The position numbers and the translations under genes are program-made. DNA of 64,000 nt from Octopus vulgaris (taxonomy: Eukaryota), in NCBI GenBank assembly GCA_951406725.2, contig OX597827.1, positions 77,686,001 through 77,750,000 of the forward strand, written 5' to 3'. Below the pieces are notes generated by a model. The model did not search any database and was not told the DNA's origin. It saw only the letters and a list, made by a program, of their open reading frames with translations. Positions 1 through 11,004 of this stretch are shown in pieces; within the stretch, counting starts at the first letter, position 1; every line of letters begins with the position of its first letter.

Positions 1-3000
1 TTGTTCCCTGTTACCATGCCTATGCCCCACATGACTCTCATTCCAGCCCATTCGGAGGCCCTGTCGGGTAAACACTTCTCTCACCTCCAGCATCATCATC
101 AACAACAGCAACAGCAGCAAGTGTCCATGGCATCGATCGTTGACAAATCCCCCACACACAGCGACATTGTTAACAAGCACTTCTCCCCTCACAGCCATAA
201 TAGCTTGCAACAACAACAGCAGCCTCCCCTTCCTCCTCCTCCACCTCCTCCCTCTCTGACGCCGACCCAGATCAGGATGTCACACCTTGTCGAGAAATCA
301 ATGCACCACGCGGAGATCTCCGGCAAGCAGTATTCCCACAGCCTACAATTGCAACAACAACAACAGCAACAACAACAACACTCTCTGTCCCATTTGCCTG
401 AAAAGTCCAGCCATTCCCAATTATCTGGTAAACAATATTCTCATTCGCACAGCCTACATCATCATCAGCAGCAGCAACAGCAGCAGCGGATGTCCCGTAT
501 AGCGGAGAAGTCGAGCCACAGTGAGATGTCTGGCAAACAATATTCGCACTCCCAGAGCATGCATTCTCAAAGAATGTCCGACATCCTTGAGAAATTGAAC
601 CCTGGCAGTGAGATCAGCAGTAAACCGTACGTCCATTCGCCAGACATATCAGCTGGCCATCGGCTGCCACACGTCAGTGAAAAGTCCAGCTCAGGACACC
701 GTGAGGACTTGACCAGTAAGTACTCCCAGTCTCACACGGGCATCCAATCCGACCGGATGTCGCTGTTGTCTTCGGACAAAACTGGGGTCAGTGGTGGCAG
801 CAGCAGCAGTCCGACGGGCAAATCGCAGTTCAACCCGACCCACATGCACAGTTCCATGGTGTCCCCACCCCACCAACAGATGTCTCACCTCTCCGAGACC
901 ATGTTCCCCAACAACATCTACACGAGTCAGTACTCCCAGCCGTGTTACCTGCCTGTCTCCACACCACCTACTGCCACCACGCCCACTTCGGCTTCCACAC
1001 CTGATCGGATATTGTCCCCAACCGCACCTGTTATAAGCTCAGGTATAACTTCCAAGCAACAACAACAACAACAACAGCAGCAGCAGCAACAACAACAGCA
1101 ACAACAACAGCAGCAGCAGCAACAACAACAAGTATCTGCTGAGAAATCGTACAGCAGCAACAACAATCATGAGAAGTCTCTTTCGTATCAAAATGACATC
1201 GGCCACAAACAGTACAGTATCGGCAAGTCGTTACCCACATCAACCAGTCAGCAGCAACAGCCACAACAACAACAACAACAACAGCAGCAGCAGCCACAGC
1301 AACAACAACAACAACAACCACACTATCATCGAAAGGAGAAAATGAAGGAGAAGCAGCTGTTTTGTGATTACTGTGGTAAGAAATTTCCCGATGAGGACAT
1401 GATGCAAGCGCATCGTCTGACTCATGTCGGAGGTAAAGCTTTCCACTGTGACATTTGTTTCAAGCAATTTTCGCGCAGAGATACCATGCAGCGACACCGG
1501 AAGAACCACATGGAGTCGAATCCGAGCGTCGACTCCACTGGAACCAGCGATAACATCTCACTGAACAACTCTGATCACGGACCGACGATGATGTCACACA
1601 GCATGTCAACAATGTCTAGCTCCCTCTCCCCCAACCAGTCCTCTATGGCAGGTACCGTCCCTTATGTTAGCTCTCCACCAGTCCCTCCTACTGGAACCTT
1701 GAACTATCTACCATCTATACCGAAAACGCCAAAACCGAGAGCTCCAAGGAGTTCAAGACCTGACGACAAGACCTACCAATGTGATATTTGTTTGAAACAG
1801 TTTGCCCAACGTTATTACCTACAGATCCATCGGAGGACCCACACTGGGGAAAAACCATACCAGTGTGACTTTTGTATTCAGAAGTTTTCTCGCAGGGACA
1901 CGTTACAGATCCACCGAAGAACTCATACTGGGGAGAAACCGTACCAGTGTGAGATCTGTCTTCGACTGTTTGCTCAAAGTGACAAACTACGAGCCCACAA
2001 GAAGTCTCACGTCTTGAAAAAAAAATACCAATGTGAATTCTGTCTTAAGCAGTTTGCTCAGCGCTATTACCTGCAGATCCATCGGAGAATTCACACAGGG
2101 GAGAAGCTACTGCAGTGCGATGTTTGTTTTAAACCTTTTGCTCAGAAACATTACCTGGAAATTCACAAGCGAACTCACACGGGGGAGAAACCATTTCAAT
2201 GCGATTTCTGTATTCAAAAGTTTGCACGGAAAACCACACTACAAATCCATCGACGAACACATACTGGAGAACGTCCGTACCAATGTGAAGTCTGTTCGAA
2301 AGATTTTGCTCAAAAGTACAAGCTTCAGATTCATATGAGGACGCACAGCCCAAAGAAACGGCACCATTGCGAGATCTGTCTCAAACAGTTTGCTCAGAGT
2401 CACTATTTGCACATTCACCGAAGGACTCATACTGGAGAGAAACCATTTGAGTGTGAAGCTTGCGGCAAACGATTCTCCCAACGCAATTCGCTGCAGGTTC
2501 ATCGACGGACCCACACGGGGGAGAAACCCTATCAGTGCGACACGTGCTTCAAACAGTTTGCTCAGAGACAATATTTACAGATTCATAAACGAACCCACAC
2601 GGGAGAGAAACCGTTCCAGTGTGATTTCTGTATCCAAAAATTTGCCCGCAAGACCACGCTGCAGATCCACCGCAGGACTCACACGGGTGAAAAGCCATAC
2701 CACTGTGAAATTTGTCTGAAGAAATTCGCTCAGAGATACAAGCTCCAAATCCACAAACGCACACACATGCCTAAAAAACGCTACCACTGCGATGTTTGCC
2801 TGAAGCCGTTTGCTCAGAACCACTATCTTCAAGTGCATCGCAGGACCCACACGGGGGAGAAGCCCTTTCAGTGTGACATTTGTCTGAAGCAGTTCGCTCA
2901 GAGAAACTCGTTGAGGCTGCACCACCGGACCCACACGGGGGAGAAACCGTTCGAGTGTGACATTTGTTTCAAGCCGTTTGCACAACGACATTACTTACAG

Positions 3001-3222
3001 TTGCATCGAAGAACTCACACGGGGGAGAAACCTTACACATGTGAGTTGTGTACAAAACAATTCGCTCGAAGGGACACCTTGAAACGGCACAAGAAACTGC
3101 ACAATGGGCATCATATTGGAGGGAAAAAGATGCATTTTGGAGAACAAAAGTCAGCAGCCAATTCTGGTAACAAGACAATCGAAGAGTTTCCACCGATGAG
3201 TGATTATCTGTGGCAGCTATAG
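1..3222 (+). CDS. Polydactyl C2H2 zinc-finger protein (18 fingers: 2 isolated plus 16 tandem) with Q/H/S/P-rich N-terminus; may be 5'-truncated by the window edge
   Basis: Uninterrupted 1073-codon frame; 18 C-x2-C-x12-H-x3-H motifs, mostly with TGEKP linkers; TAG at 3220-3222. Frame is open at position 1; first ATG at 16. No KRAB/BTB/ZAD-like domain visible. Confidence 0.95.
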   Translation: MFPVTMPMPHMTLIPAHSEALSGKHFSHLQHHHQQQQQQQVSMASIVDKSPTHSDIVNKHFSPHSHNSLQQQQQPPLPPPPPPPSLTPTQIRMSHLVEKSMHHAEISGKQYSHSLQLQQQQQQQQQHSLSHLPEKSSHSQLSGKQYSHSHSLHHHQQQQQQQRMSRIAEKSSHSEMSGKQYSHSQSMHSQRMSDILEKLNPGSEISSKPYVHSPDISAGHRLPHVSEKSSSGHREDLTSKYSQSHTGIQSDRMSLLSSDKTGVSGGSSSSPTGKSQFNPTHMHSSMVSPPHQQMSHLSETMFPNNIYTSQYSQPCYLPVSTPPTATTPTSASTPDRILSPTAPVISSGITSKQQQQQQQQQQQQQQQQQQQQQQQQQVSAEKSYSSNNNHEKSLSYQNDIGHKQYSIGKSLPTSTSQQQQPQQQQQQQQQQPQQQQQQQPHYHRKEKMKEKQLFCDYCGKKFPDEDMMQAHRLTHVGGKAFHCDICFKQFSRRDTMQRHRKNHMESNPSVDSTGTSDNISLNNSDHGPTMMSHSMSTMSSSLSPNQSSMAGTVPYVSSPPVPPTGTLNYLPSIPKTPKPRAPRSSRPDDKTYQCDICLKQFAQRYYLQIHRRTHTGEKPYQCDFCIQKFSRRDTLQIHRRTHTGEKPYQCEICLRLFAQSDKLRAHKKSHVLKKKYQCEFCLKQFAQRYYLQIHRRIHTGEKLLQCDVCFKPFAQKHYLEIHKRTHTGEKPFQCDFCIQKFARKTTLQIHRRTHTGERPYQCEVCSKDFAQKYKLQIHMRTHSPKKRHHCEICLKQFAQSHYLHIHRRTHTGEKPFECEACGKRFSQRNSLQVHRRTHTGEKPYQCDTCFKQFAQRQYLQIHKRTHTGEKPFQCDFCIQKFARKTTLQIHRRTHTGEKPYHCEICLKKFAQRYKLQIHKRTHMPKKRYHCDVCLKPFAQNHYLQVHRRTHTGEKPFQCDICLKQFAQRNSLRLHHRTHTGEKPFECDICFKPFAQRHYLQLHRRTHTGEKPYTCELCTKQFARRDTLKRHKKLHNGHHIGGKKMHFGEQKSAANSGNKTIEEFPPMSDYLWQL

Positions 3223-3233
3223 GATGTATTTCA

Positions 3234-3316
3234 TGTAACATAGCCACATGTAGGCTGTATAGTATGTTGCACATGGCCACATGGGGGCTGTTTAGTATGT
3301 AACATAGCCACATGTT
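3234..3316. repeat. ~33-bp minisatellite (about 2.5 copies) just after the stop codon
   Basis: Unit approximately CATAGCCACATGTAGGCTGTATAGTATGT, repeated imperfectly. Confidence 0.7.
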
Positions 3317-3519
3317 CACTATTTAATGGTAAACTCATTGTATGTATGTGTGTGTGAACATGCATACATATGTATATATATATATATATGCATATGGGTA
3401 TGTGTATGTCTGTGTGTATATACTGTCTATATGTGTGTGTTTCTGTGTGTGTGTGTGTGTGTAAACATGCATGTGTATGTCTGTGTATATATACTGTCTA
3501 TATATGCGTATGTGTGTGT

Positions 3520-3553
<34 letters not shown>

Positions 3554-3614
3554 GCACATGTATACATATTATATATCTCTATGTATATGGATATATATAT
3601 ATGTGTATATAGCC

Positions 3615-3681
3615 AGCTCCTGTCAAACTGTCCAACCCATGGCAGCATGGAAAGCGGACGTTAAATGATGATGATGATGAT
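3615..3681 (+). mobile_element. Extreme 3' end of RTE-type LINE (family B) with (GAT)n tail
   Basis: GTCAAACTGTCCAACCCATGGCAGCATGGAAAGCGGACGTTAAATGATGATG matches the tails at 25.9 and 36.1 kb. Confidence 0.75.
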
Positions 3682-3791
3682 ATTATACAAATATATATAT
3701 ATTATATATATGTGCATTGGTGTGTGTGTGTGTATGTAGATTTATGTAAATGTATATATGTCTCTGTGAGAATGAACATATATATATATAA

Positions 3792-3841
<50 letters not shown>

Positions 3842-4582
3842 GTGTATGTATGCATATATGTGTAAACTCTTTCTAAAATGAAATCTCACTTCATTTCCAT
3901 GCAATTAAGATTGTTTCTGAAAGTTTGGAAATTTTTTTTTTTTTTAAATTTTCCAAGTTTTATCCCAATGGCAGGATTGATGTTACCATTTATGTAGTAT
4001 TCATATATAAAACAGCAAAAATAAAAAACTAACCTTTCAGATTTAGCTTGGCGCTCCACTCGACTTCACTTGACTTCACTCAACTTCACTCATCATCATC
4101 ATCATCATCATAGCTAAATCTCTCACACAGAAGTTTCTATAATTGTCTCTTCTTCCTCTTCTAAAGTTCTATAAAATATTAGACAATAAAAACAAAAGAA
4201 AAGAGGAAAAAATATCAAATAAATATAATGGAATTTTTTTTTTTAATTCAATGTGTGTCTCATTTAGGTTAGGTAATTTATCACTATCATCATCAGCATC
4301 ATCACCATCACTATTGCCATCAGCTTCATCATTTTCATCGGCTTCATCATCATCATCACCATCATCCTCATCGTAATTATCGTCTGTCTTTTTAATGTCT
4401 TTTTGTTCTTTCTTTTCTGCCACACTGAATGAAATCACCCTCTTGTCCACTCCATCAACATTTCTCTCGATCCACACCTTCTAATATTGTAGTTTATCAG
4501 ACGTCCCCCACCCCTTCCTCAATACCAAGAACTCATTAATCAGACCCCCTCCCCTATACACACCTTCCACCTTATTAAGTAC

Positions 4583-5058
4583 TAACCCTTTTGATACCAA
4601 CCTGGCTGAAACCAGCTCTGGCTCTGAGTAGAAATGTCTTATTTTCATAAGTTTTGAATTAAAATCTTCCACCAAACCTTAGTCACAATTTATGTTCCTA
4701 ACACTAGCTGAATGATAAATTATTTTACTAAATTCTTTGTTATATTTGAAATTAATTGAAAGAAACACAGAGCATCTTAACAGAAATATGGTAACAAAAG
4801 GGTTAAAATATATAATAGAGAAACCATTCTTAACCCTTTCGTTACCAACCTGGCTGAAACCAGCTCTGGCTCTGAGTAAAAATGTCTTGTTTTCATAAGT
4901 TCTGAATTAAAATCTTCCACCAAACCTTAGTCACAATTTAAGTTCCTAACACTAGCTTAATGATAACTAAGTTATTTTACTAAATTCTTTGTTATATTTA
5001 AAATTAATTGAAAAAAATACAGAGCATCTCAACAGAAATATGGTAAGAAAAGGGTTAA
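4583..5058 (+). mobile_element. Tandem dimer of a ~225-bp piggyBac-type MITE
   Basis: Each unit runs (T)TAA-CCCTTTyGwTACCA ... TGGTAAsAAAAGGG-TTAA; 23-bp spacer at 4807-4829. Confidence 0.85.
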
Positions 5059-5139
5059 AGAGAAGACAGAATAGAGTTTCAACAAAAAAGCATAGAAGGA
5101 CTTTCCAAGGCCTTTTTCCCAAATTCTTTGGCATTTATA

Positions 5140-5300
5140 TTCCCCATCCTGGAATTACTCACTTTTGCCAGCTGAGTGGACTGGAGCAACATGAAATCAA
5201 GTGTCTTGCTCAAGGAGTAAAACACACTGATAGGAATTGAACTTGTGACCTTAAGATCAAGAGCTGAAAACCCTAACTGTTAAACCGTGTGCCTTCACGG
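5140..5300 (-). mobile_element. Degenerate tRNA-derived SINE (same family as 32819-33065)
   Basis: TTTTGCCAGCTGAGTGGACTGGAGCAACATGAAAT is the reverse complement of the body of the 32.9-kb copy. Confidence 0.7.
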
Positions 5301-5349
5301 AATAGAGGTTATCTTTGTATTGCTTTTTTGTTTCTCACAGTGGTGGACC

Positions 5350-5600
5350 ATCATCTGTATTGTTTGATGTCCATTTTCCCCTCTGCTCGGATGGGATTTG
5401 TTGAGGCTGATTTTTCCTACAGCTGGATGCCATTCTTGTCACCAACCCTCACTTGTTTCCAAGCAAGGACATATTCCCCCGCCCCTCCCCGGCCATACAT
5501 GCTTTCCACGAGAGACTGGAAATGAAGGAAGATGCTTGCATGATGGTGTTGCTTCTTTACAGGTGTCATGTGGCGTCAAAGCCAAGAAACGCTAATATTC
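5350..5600 (-). mobile_element. Dispersed repeat (family D, RTE-tail related)
   Basis: CTGGATGCC.TTC.TGTCACCAACCCTCAC.TGTTTCCAAGCAAGG shared with 31.8 and 62.6 kb. Confidence 0.65.
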
Positions 5601-5763
5601 CCACAGCCATATGCAGGTACACATACATGCACATCCATATATATACACACACATACATGCACATCCATATCATATACACACATACTTGCTCATCCATATA
5701 TATATACACACACATACATGCACAGCCGTATATATATATACACACACACATACATGCACATCC

Positions 5764-5794
<31 letters not shown>

Positions 5795-5995
5795 TGCATA
5801 TCCATATGTATCTATACACACACACACATTCATGCACATCCATATATATGTACACACACACATACATGAACATCCGTATATATGTACACACACACATGCA
5901 CATCCACACACACACACACACACACATATATGTATACATATATAAAGTAAAAAAGAAAATGGAGATAAAATTGATTATAAAAAAGACAATATCTT

Positions 5996-6134
5996 ATCTG
6001 ACAGCTGTTTCTGTTGGTGCTATTCAACGTACTATCACGCTTAATCTTAATTGCTACAATAACAATAATAATGATAATTATCATTGTAAATAATTAATTA
6101 TACCAACTTGAATAGTGGAACTTCATCAGAGCAG
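5996..6134 (-). ncRNA. Type I hammerhead ribozyme fold with long stem II loop (Penelope-like pLTR remnant)
   Basis: Minus strand: CUGAUGA(6129-6123), A, GUU..CUAUUCAA [80-nt loop] UUGAAUAG..AAC, A, GAAA(6011-6008), CAGCUG, UC. Palindromic stem III ACAGCUGU; stem I only 2-3 bp. Confidence 0.65.
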
Positions 6135-6440
6135 AAAAATATAGAGCAAGAGAGACAGTAAGGATCAACCGATTGATGTTACATGCTGTCCCGCTGGAAA
6201 CCGGTTGACCGACTCTTGATAATTGATGTTTATCAATTATCCATTTTTTCTCCATTTTCTTTTTTTCCTTAAATTTAGATAAACTTCAGTTTATTCCTTT
6301 CCTTACCTGTCGTTTATGAGCATTAATACTAATACTGATAATCACATACAGGTAAGATACCAGTAATTCATTAGATACAAGTATCCTGTAGATGGTTGTT
6401 ATAACCTGTAACTTAACTCACCTCTATGCATATGTATATA

Positions 6441-6818
6441 TTCTTTTATTTGTTTCAGTCATTTGACTGTGGCTATGCTGGAGCACCACCTTTAGTTGAA
6501 CAAATTGACCCCAGGATTTATTCTTTGTGAGCCTAGTACTTATGCTATTGGTATCTTTTGCCGAACCACTAAGTTACGGGGACATAAACACACCAACATT
6601 TGTTGTCAAGCAATGATGGGGGACAAACAGAGACCCACAAACACACACACATATATATATGACGGGCTTCTTTCAGTTTCTGTCTTTGAAATCCACTCAC
6701 AAGGCTTTGGTCAGCCCCAGGCTATAGTAGAAGACACTGGCCCAGGGTGCCATGCAGTGGTACTGAACCCTGAACCATGTGGTTGGTAAGCAAGCCACTT
6801 ACCACACAGCTGTGCCTA
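6441..6818 (-). mobile_element. tRNA-derived octopus-type SINE (family A, internal microsatellite); a further partial copy at 6900-7045
   Basis: Reverse complement of GTGTGGTAAGTrGCTTGCTTACCAACCACATGGTT..GGTTCAGT ... GGTGCTCCAGCATrGCCACAGTCAAATGACTGAAAC. Confidence 0.85.
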
Positions 6819-8109
6819 CACACATATATATATGCATGTATACATACTTTATACACACCTGGAATTATATATATATGTATATAGACACACGTATGTATAT
6901 GATGGGCTTCTTCATGTTTTTGTCTAGCAAACCCACTCACAAGGCCCTCGCTGGGCTCTGGCTATAGACACTTGCAGAAGGTGCCACACAGTGGGACTGA
7001 ACTCAGAACCATGTGGATGGCAAGCAGACTTCTTATCACACAGCTATCTTAAATTTTTAACATGGCAACTTGTCTCTCCCCCATTCAGCTTTCTAATTTT
7101 TGTAGATTTCCACTCCCCTTCAGCTTCTAATCTATTGAAAATCCATCAATATATGTAAATCTGATTTTGTTCAATTTGGTTATTTTGTTTGAGAACCATA
7201 ACATTGTTGGCTCCACATTTCCACTGAGCCAGTCACAGAGTCACTGCTTTTGTTTTATGGTAAGACTGACAAGGGAGTATCAGTAAATCATTACAGAGCA
7301 AATATTTCAAAGGACTTTGTAAACGAACAATTTTTCAATTTTCTCACAGCCTTCCCAACGCCGTGGTCAGGAAGCAAGCTTCTCAACCACACGGTCCCAT
7401 CAGCACCTATAATACTAAACTATGTATTTTGGTATTTGCCTTTCAAAAACTGGGACCTTCTCTGCACCCCTTTTTTGACAGGACTAGGAGGCCATTTGGT
7501 CTGTTTCAAATTTCGATTTCTGTCATTATTTGCATAAAGTTTGAATCACAATCAGAAAGAAACAAAGGAAACGAAAACAAGGTTGGTGGTGTTAAGCAGC
7601 AGAAAATGGGGGAAGGCAATACACCCCAGAACAAATGGCGTGTTCAAGTGACCCCTGCAGACATAACTGTGATGGCATTGCTTCAGAGACTGGCCAGTGA
7701 GTCTCACTACAGCAGCCACCCCACCTCATGGGTCTCAAATTCACAGATGGTTCGTTTCTTGTTACAACTCAGTGATTAAGTCAGCAGCATATGAGACGAA
7801 TACCCAGCCCCTGGCTTTGGGCAGTGGCCCCTATTTTACATATACAACTGAACCTTTCACTGACATTTTGTGTGTCATGTACCACTATTAACTTCCTCTC
7901 TGTCAGTGATGGTTCCATATTTTGTTCAACTGACCAGGAATACTAATCTGAGTTAAAGACTGAGGTAGGTGAATTACACCTGGCCAACCTCTCTCTATAA
8001 ATGTGTGGCTGTTAACCATAGAGAGGTGCTACCACTCTAACTACCACAGAGGCCACACTAAACGTCTGTCTATGAGTGTGAGGTCAGTTGTTACAGAGGT
8101 CAAACCAAC

Positions 8110-8290
8110 ATCATCATTAATGCCTGTCTTTCATGTTGGCATGGGTTGTACAGTTTGAAAGGATCTTAAGACCAAGGGAGCTGTGTCAAACTCCACTGTC
8201 TACTTTGGCAGGATTTCTACAACTGGATGCCATTCCTAACACAAGCCACTTTGTAGAGAATACTGGTTGCATTTTATGTGACACATGGGC
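8110..8290 (-). mobile_element. Degenerate RTE family B 3' end
   Basis: CATCATCATTAATG..CATGGGTTG..TTTCTACAACTGGATGCCATTCCTAAC. Confidence 0.6.
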
Positions 8291-8574
8291 AACCTGCAAG
8301 ACATGACACCTCTAGGAGGTGGCTTTATGGTAAGTATTCAGAAGTTAGTCTATGCCAGAGGGACAGGAACCAGTGTCTTGCTGAAGAGGAAGGAGCTCAT
8401 GGTTACCCTGGCTGGGAAGAGAGAAAAGAAATGGTGATGCTGAGGGGTTAGTGTCATGACAATACGGAGATCACATGGGGCACTTGTGTCAGCTGGATCT
8501 AGAAGATTCTTTGAAATTCTGTTCCAAAATATGTGGCCAAAACCTTGTAATAATGTCTCATAGAGTTTCAGTTG

Positions 8575-8794
8575 TTTTGATACCGACCCACCTGAAACCA
8601 CTCTTGGTGCTATGAGACACACTTCCTGTTTTAAAGTGATCTGAGCAAAACTTTCATCAGAATTTCAAGTTAATTTGTGTTCCAAACAACAGTTTCTTAA
8701 TGACAGTTATTTTTGTAAATTAATCATTATTCTTAAAATGAATCAAAGCAAAGGCAGCTTATCTCAACAGAAATGTGGTAAGAAAAGGGATTAA
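8575..8794 (+). mobile_element. Old diverged relative of the piggyBac MITE
   Basis: TTTTGATACC..CTGAAACCA at the start and TCTCAACAGAAATGTGGTAAGAAAAGGG.TTAA at the end. Confidence 0.6.
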
Positions 8795-9084
8795 GAGCGT
8801 TCGTTAAAGATGATCCAGTTGAAAGGAGTTTTCAGAAGAGGAAGGACTGGTGTGGGCCGAAACTCGTGGAGATGTGTGCAACCCATTTTAAGATGGAAGA
8901 ACATAATTGAAATTGTGCTAATGATGGAATAGATGTCATTAGAGATTTTAGGATAGAGCCAGGAAGATACAACTTAAGGTAGATGTGATTGTTAAGTGGT
9001 GAGGGTCATATAATGGTAAGACACCTGAGGTAGCTCTAATTGTTGATTGGTAGGTGCTGGTAAATACATATGGTGGTTGTGATG

Positions 9085-9563
9085 CTGTAATTGCTGGCAA
9101 ATAGGACCTGCTTTGAGAAAACCTGGCAAGCCAAATGAGACAAACTGTGGTCTGTACCAGTGCAGCACAGCCGGCCCTTTTAAGAGTACCCTTCAATCAT
9201 TGGGCAATAAACTGTGCTTGTGAAGTCACTGTTGTGGCCGATGACAGTACCACCTGATTGGCACTTAAAAAGCACCATTTGAGCATGGTCGATGTCAGTG
9301 CCACCTGACTGGTCCCCATGCTGGTGGCATGTATAAAGCACCATTCAAGCGTAGTCAATGCCAGTACTATCTGACTGGCCAGCTTGCTGGTGGCACATAA
9401 AAAGCACCCACTACACTTGGAGTGGTTGGCATTAGGAAGGGCATCCAGCTGTAGAAACTTAGCCAGGTCAAATTGGAGCCTCGTGCAGCCTTCTGGTTTG
9501 CCAGCCCTCAGTCAAACCATCCAACCCATGCCAGCATGGAAAGTGGGCATTAAATGATGATGA
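9085..9563 (+). mobile_element. RTE family B 3' fragment with internal GTGCCrGTGGCAC-AAAAGCACC subrepeats
   Basis: Colinear with 35820-36187; ends AAATGATGATGA. Confidence 0.8.
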
Positions 9564-9899
9564 CTCGAAGTAGTTGTGATTGTGGTTTTGACATTAGAGA
9601 GTTAACTTTGACATAGCCTTGTCAAGTAGGAGTTAACTTTGACATATGGCCTTGTCACATTGTAGTCAACTTGAATGTGACTTTGCCAGTGAATGTCAAT
9701 GCCACCTTAGCAGAGACCAAAGCCTTAGATGCAAAGAATATACATTCTTCTACTTTTTGAGAAGTGGTCAGGTTCAATATGCAGAAACGATGTAGCTACA
9801 GCTTTCTGTACTGTGTTTCAAATAAAATAGGGGCACAGAGAGAAAAGGGGGTTTCCATGTGCAAGTATGTTGATGGGAGTAAATAAGCAGTAAGATAAC

Positions 9900-10130
9900 C
9901 CATAGAATATCTTCTAATGCCTGTGAAGGGACTGAGAAGTATGAGACAGATTCTGTTAGGTGACTTTATTAACAATGGAGATCAGTGTTGTGAAAAGATG
10001 GTAAATAGCAGCCAGTGTCAGAACAGAGTGGAAGATATCCAGGAAGTCAATTTGTCTGCTGCCGACAAAGGATAAGATGCTCTCTTGTTGAAGGGCAGAT
10101 TGTATGACGTATAATTAAAGCAACAGAAGC
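9900..10130 (+). mobile_element. Highly degenerate RTE reverse-transcriptase fragment
   Basis: TTGAAGGGCAGATTGTATGA (LKGRLYD) region homologous to 25320 and 35420. Confidence 0.5.
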
Positions 10131-10169
10131 GGTATTAAGGCCAAAAGGTAAATTTAAAAGTAGATACTC

Positions 10170-10855
10170 TCTTTAATCTTTTACTTGTTTCAGTCATTTG
10201 ACTGCGGCCATGCTGGAGCACCGCCTTTAGTCCAGCAAATCGACCCCGGGACTTATTCTTTGTAAGCCCAGTACTTATTCTATCGGCCTCTTTTGCTGAA
10301 CCGCTAAGTGACGGGGATGTAAACACACAATACTGCAATATTGACCATGAGAGAATCTCTCGTATTAGTTTTGTGATAGAAAGCCAAAGAGGACCAAAAT
10401 CCTATGGCCTGGTAGCGGGGCATGGTGGTGGTTGTCTGCCACTGGTTGTACAGGATGGCCCAAAAGTAAGTTTACAGTTTTCACGTAAGCACTCTTTTGC
10501 TGGTTTCAGTCATTTGACAGCAGCCATGCTGGGGCACTACCTTTAGTCGAGCAAATTGACTCCAGGACTTATTCTCTGTAAGCCTAGTACTTATTCTATC
10601 AGTCTCTTTTGCTGAACCGCTAAGTTATGGGGACATAAACACACCAGCATCAGATGTCAAACAAAGTTGGGGGGGGGACAAACATACGCACATATACGAC
10701 GGGCTTCTTTCAGTTTCCGTCTACCAAATCCACTCATGAGGCTTTGGTTGGCCCAAGGCTATAGTAGAAGACACTTGCACAAGGTATCAAACAGTGGGAT
10801 TGAACCCAAAACCATGTGGTTGGTAAGCAAGCTACTTACCACACAGCCACGCCTA
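10170..10855 (-). mobile_element. Two family A SINE copies (10170-10330 partial; 10490-10855)
   Basis: Match to the family A head, body and tail. Confidence 0.85.
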
Positions 10856-10964
10856 CACTTATATATATATACATACAGACATACTTACACACATATATAT
10901 ATATATATGTATGTATGTATATATATAAATGTGTGTGTTGTATGTATGTTTATATATATGTGTG

Positions 10965-11004
<40 letters not shown>

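Noticed and set aside
287-3319. Alternative-frame and antisense ORFs overlapping ZNF gene 1 (likewise within 38656-41031 for gene 2)
   Set aside because: By-products of repetitive codon usage; no independent protein features.
4169-4477. Acidic D/E-rich minus-strand ORF
   Set aside because: Arises from a degenerate (CAT)n tract; non-ATG start and no domain.
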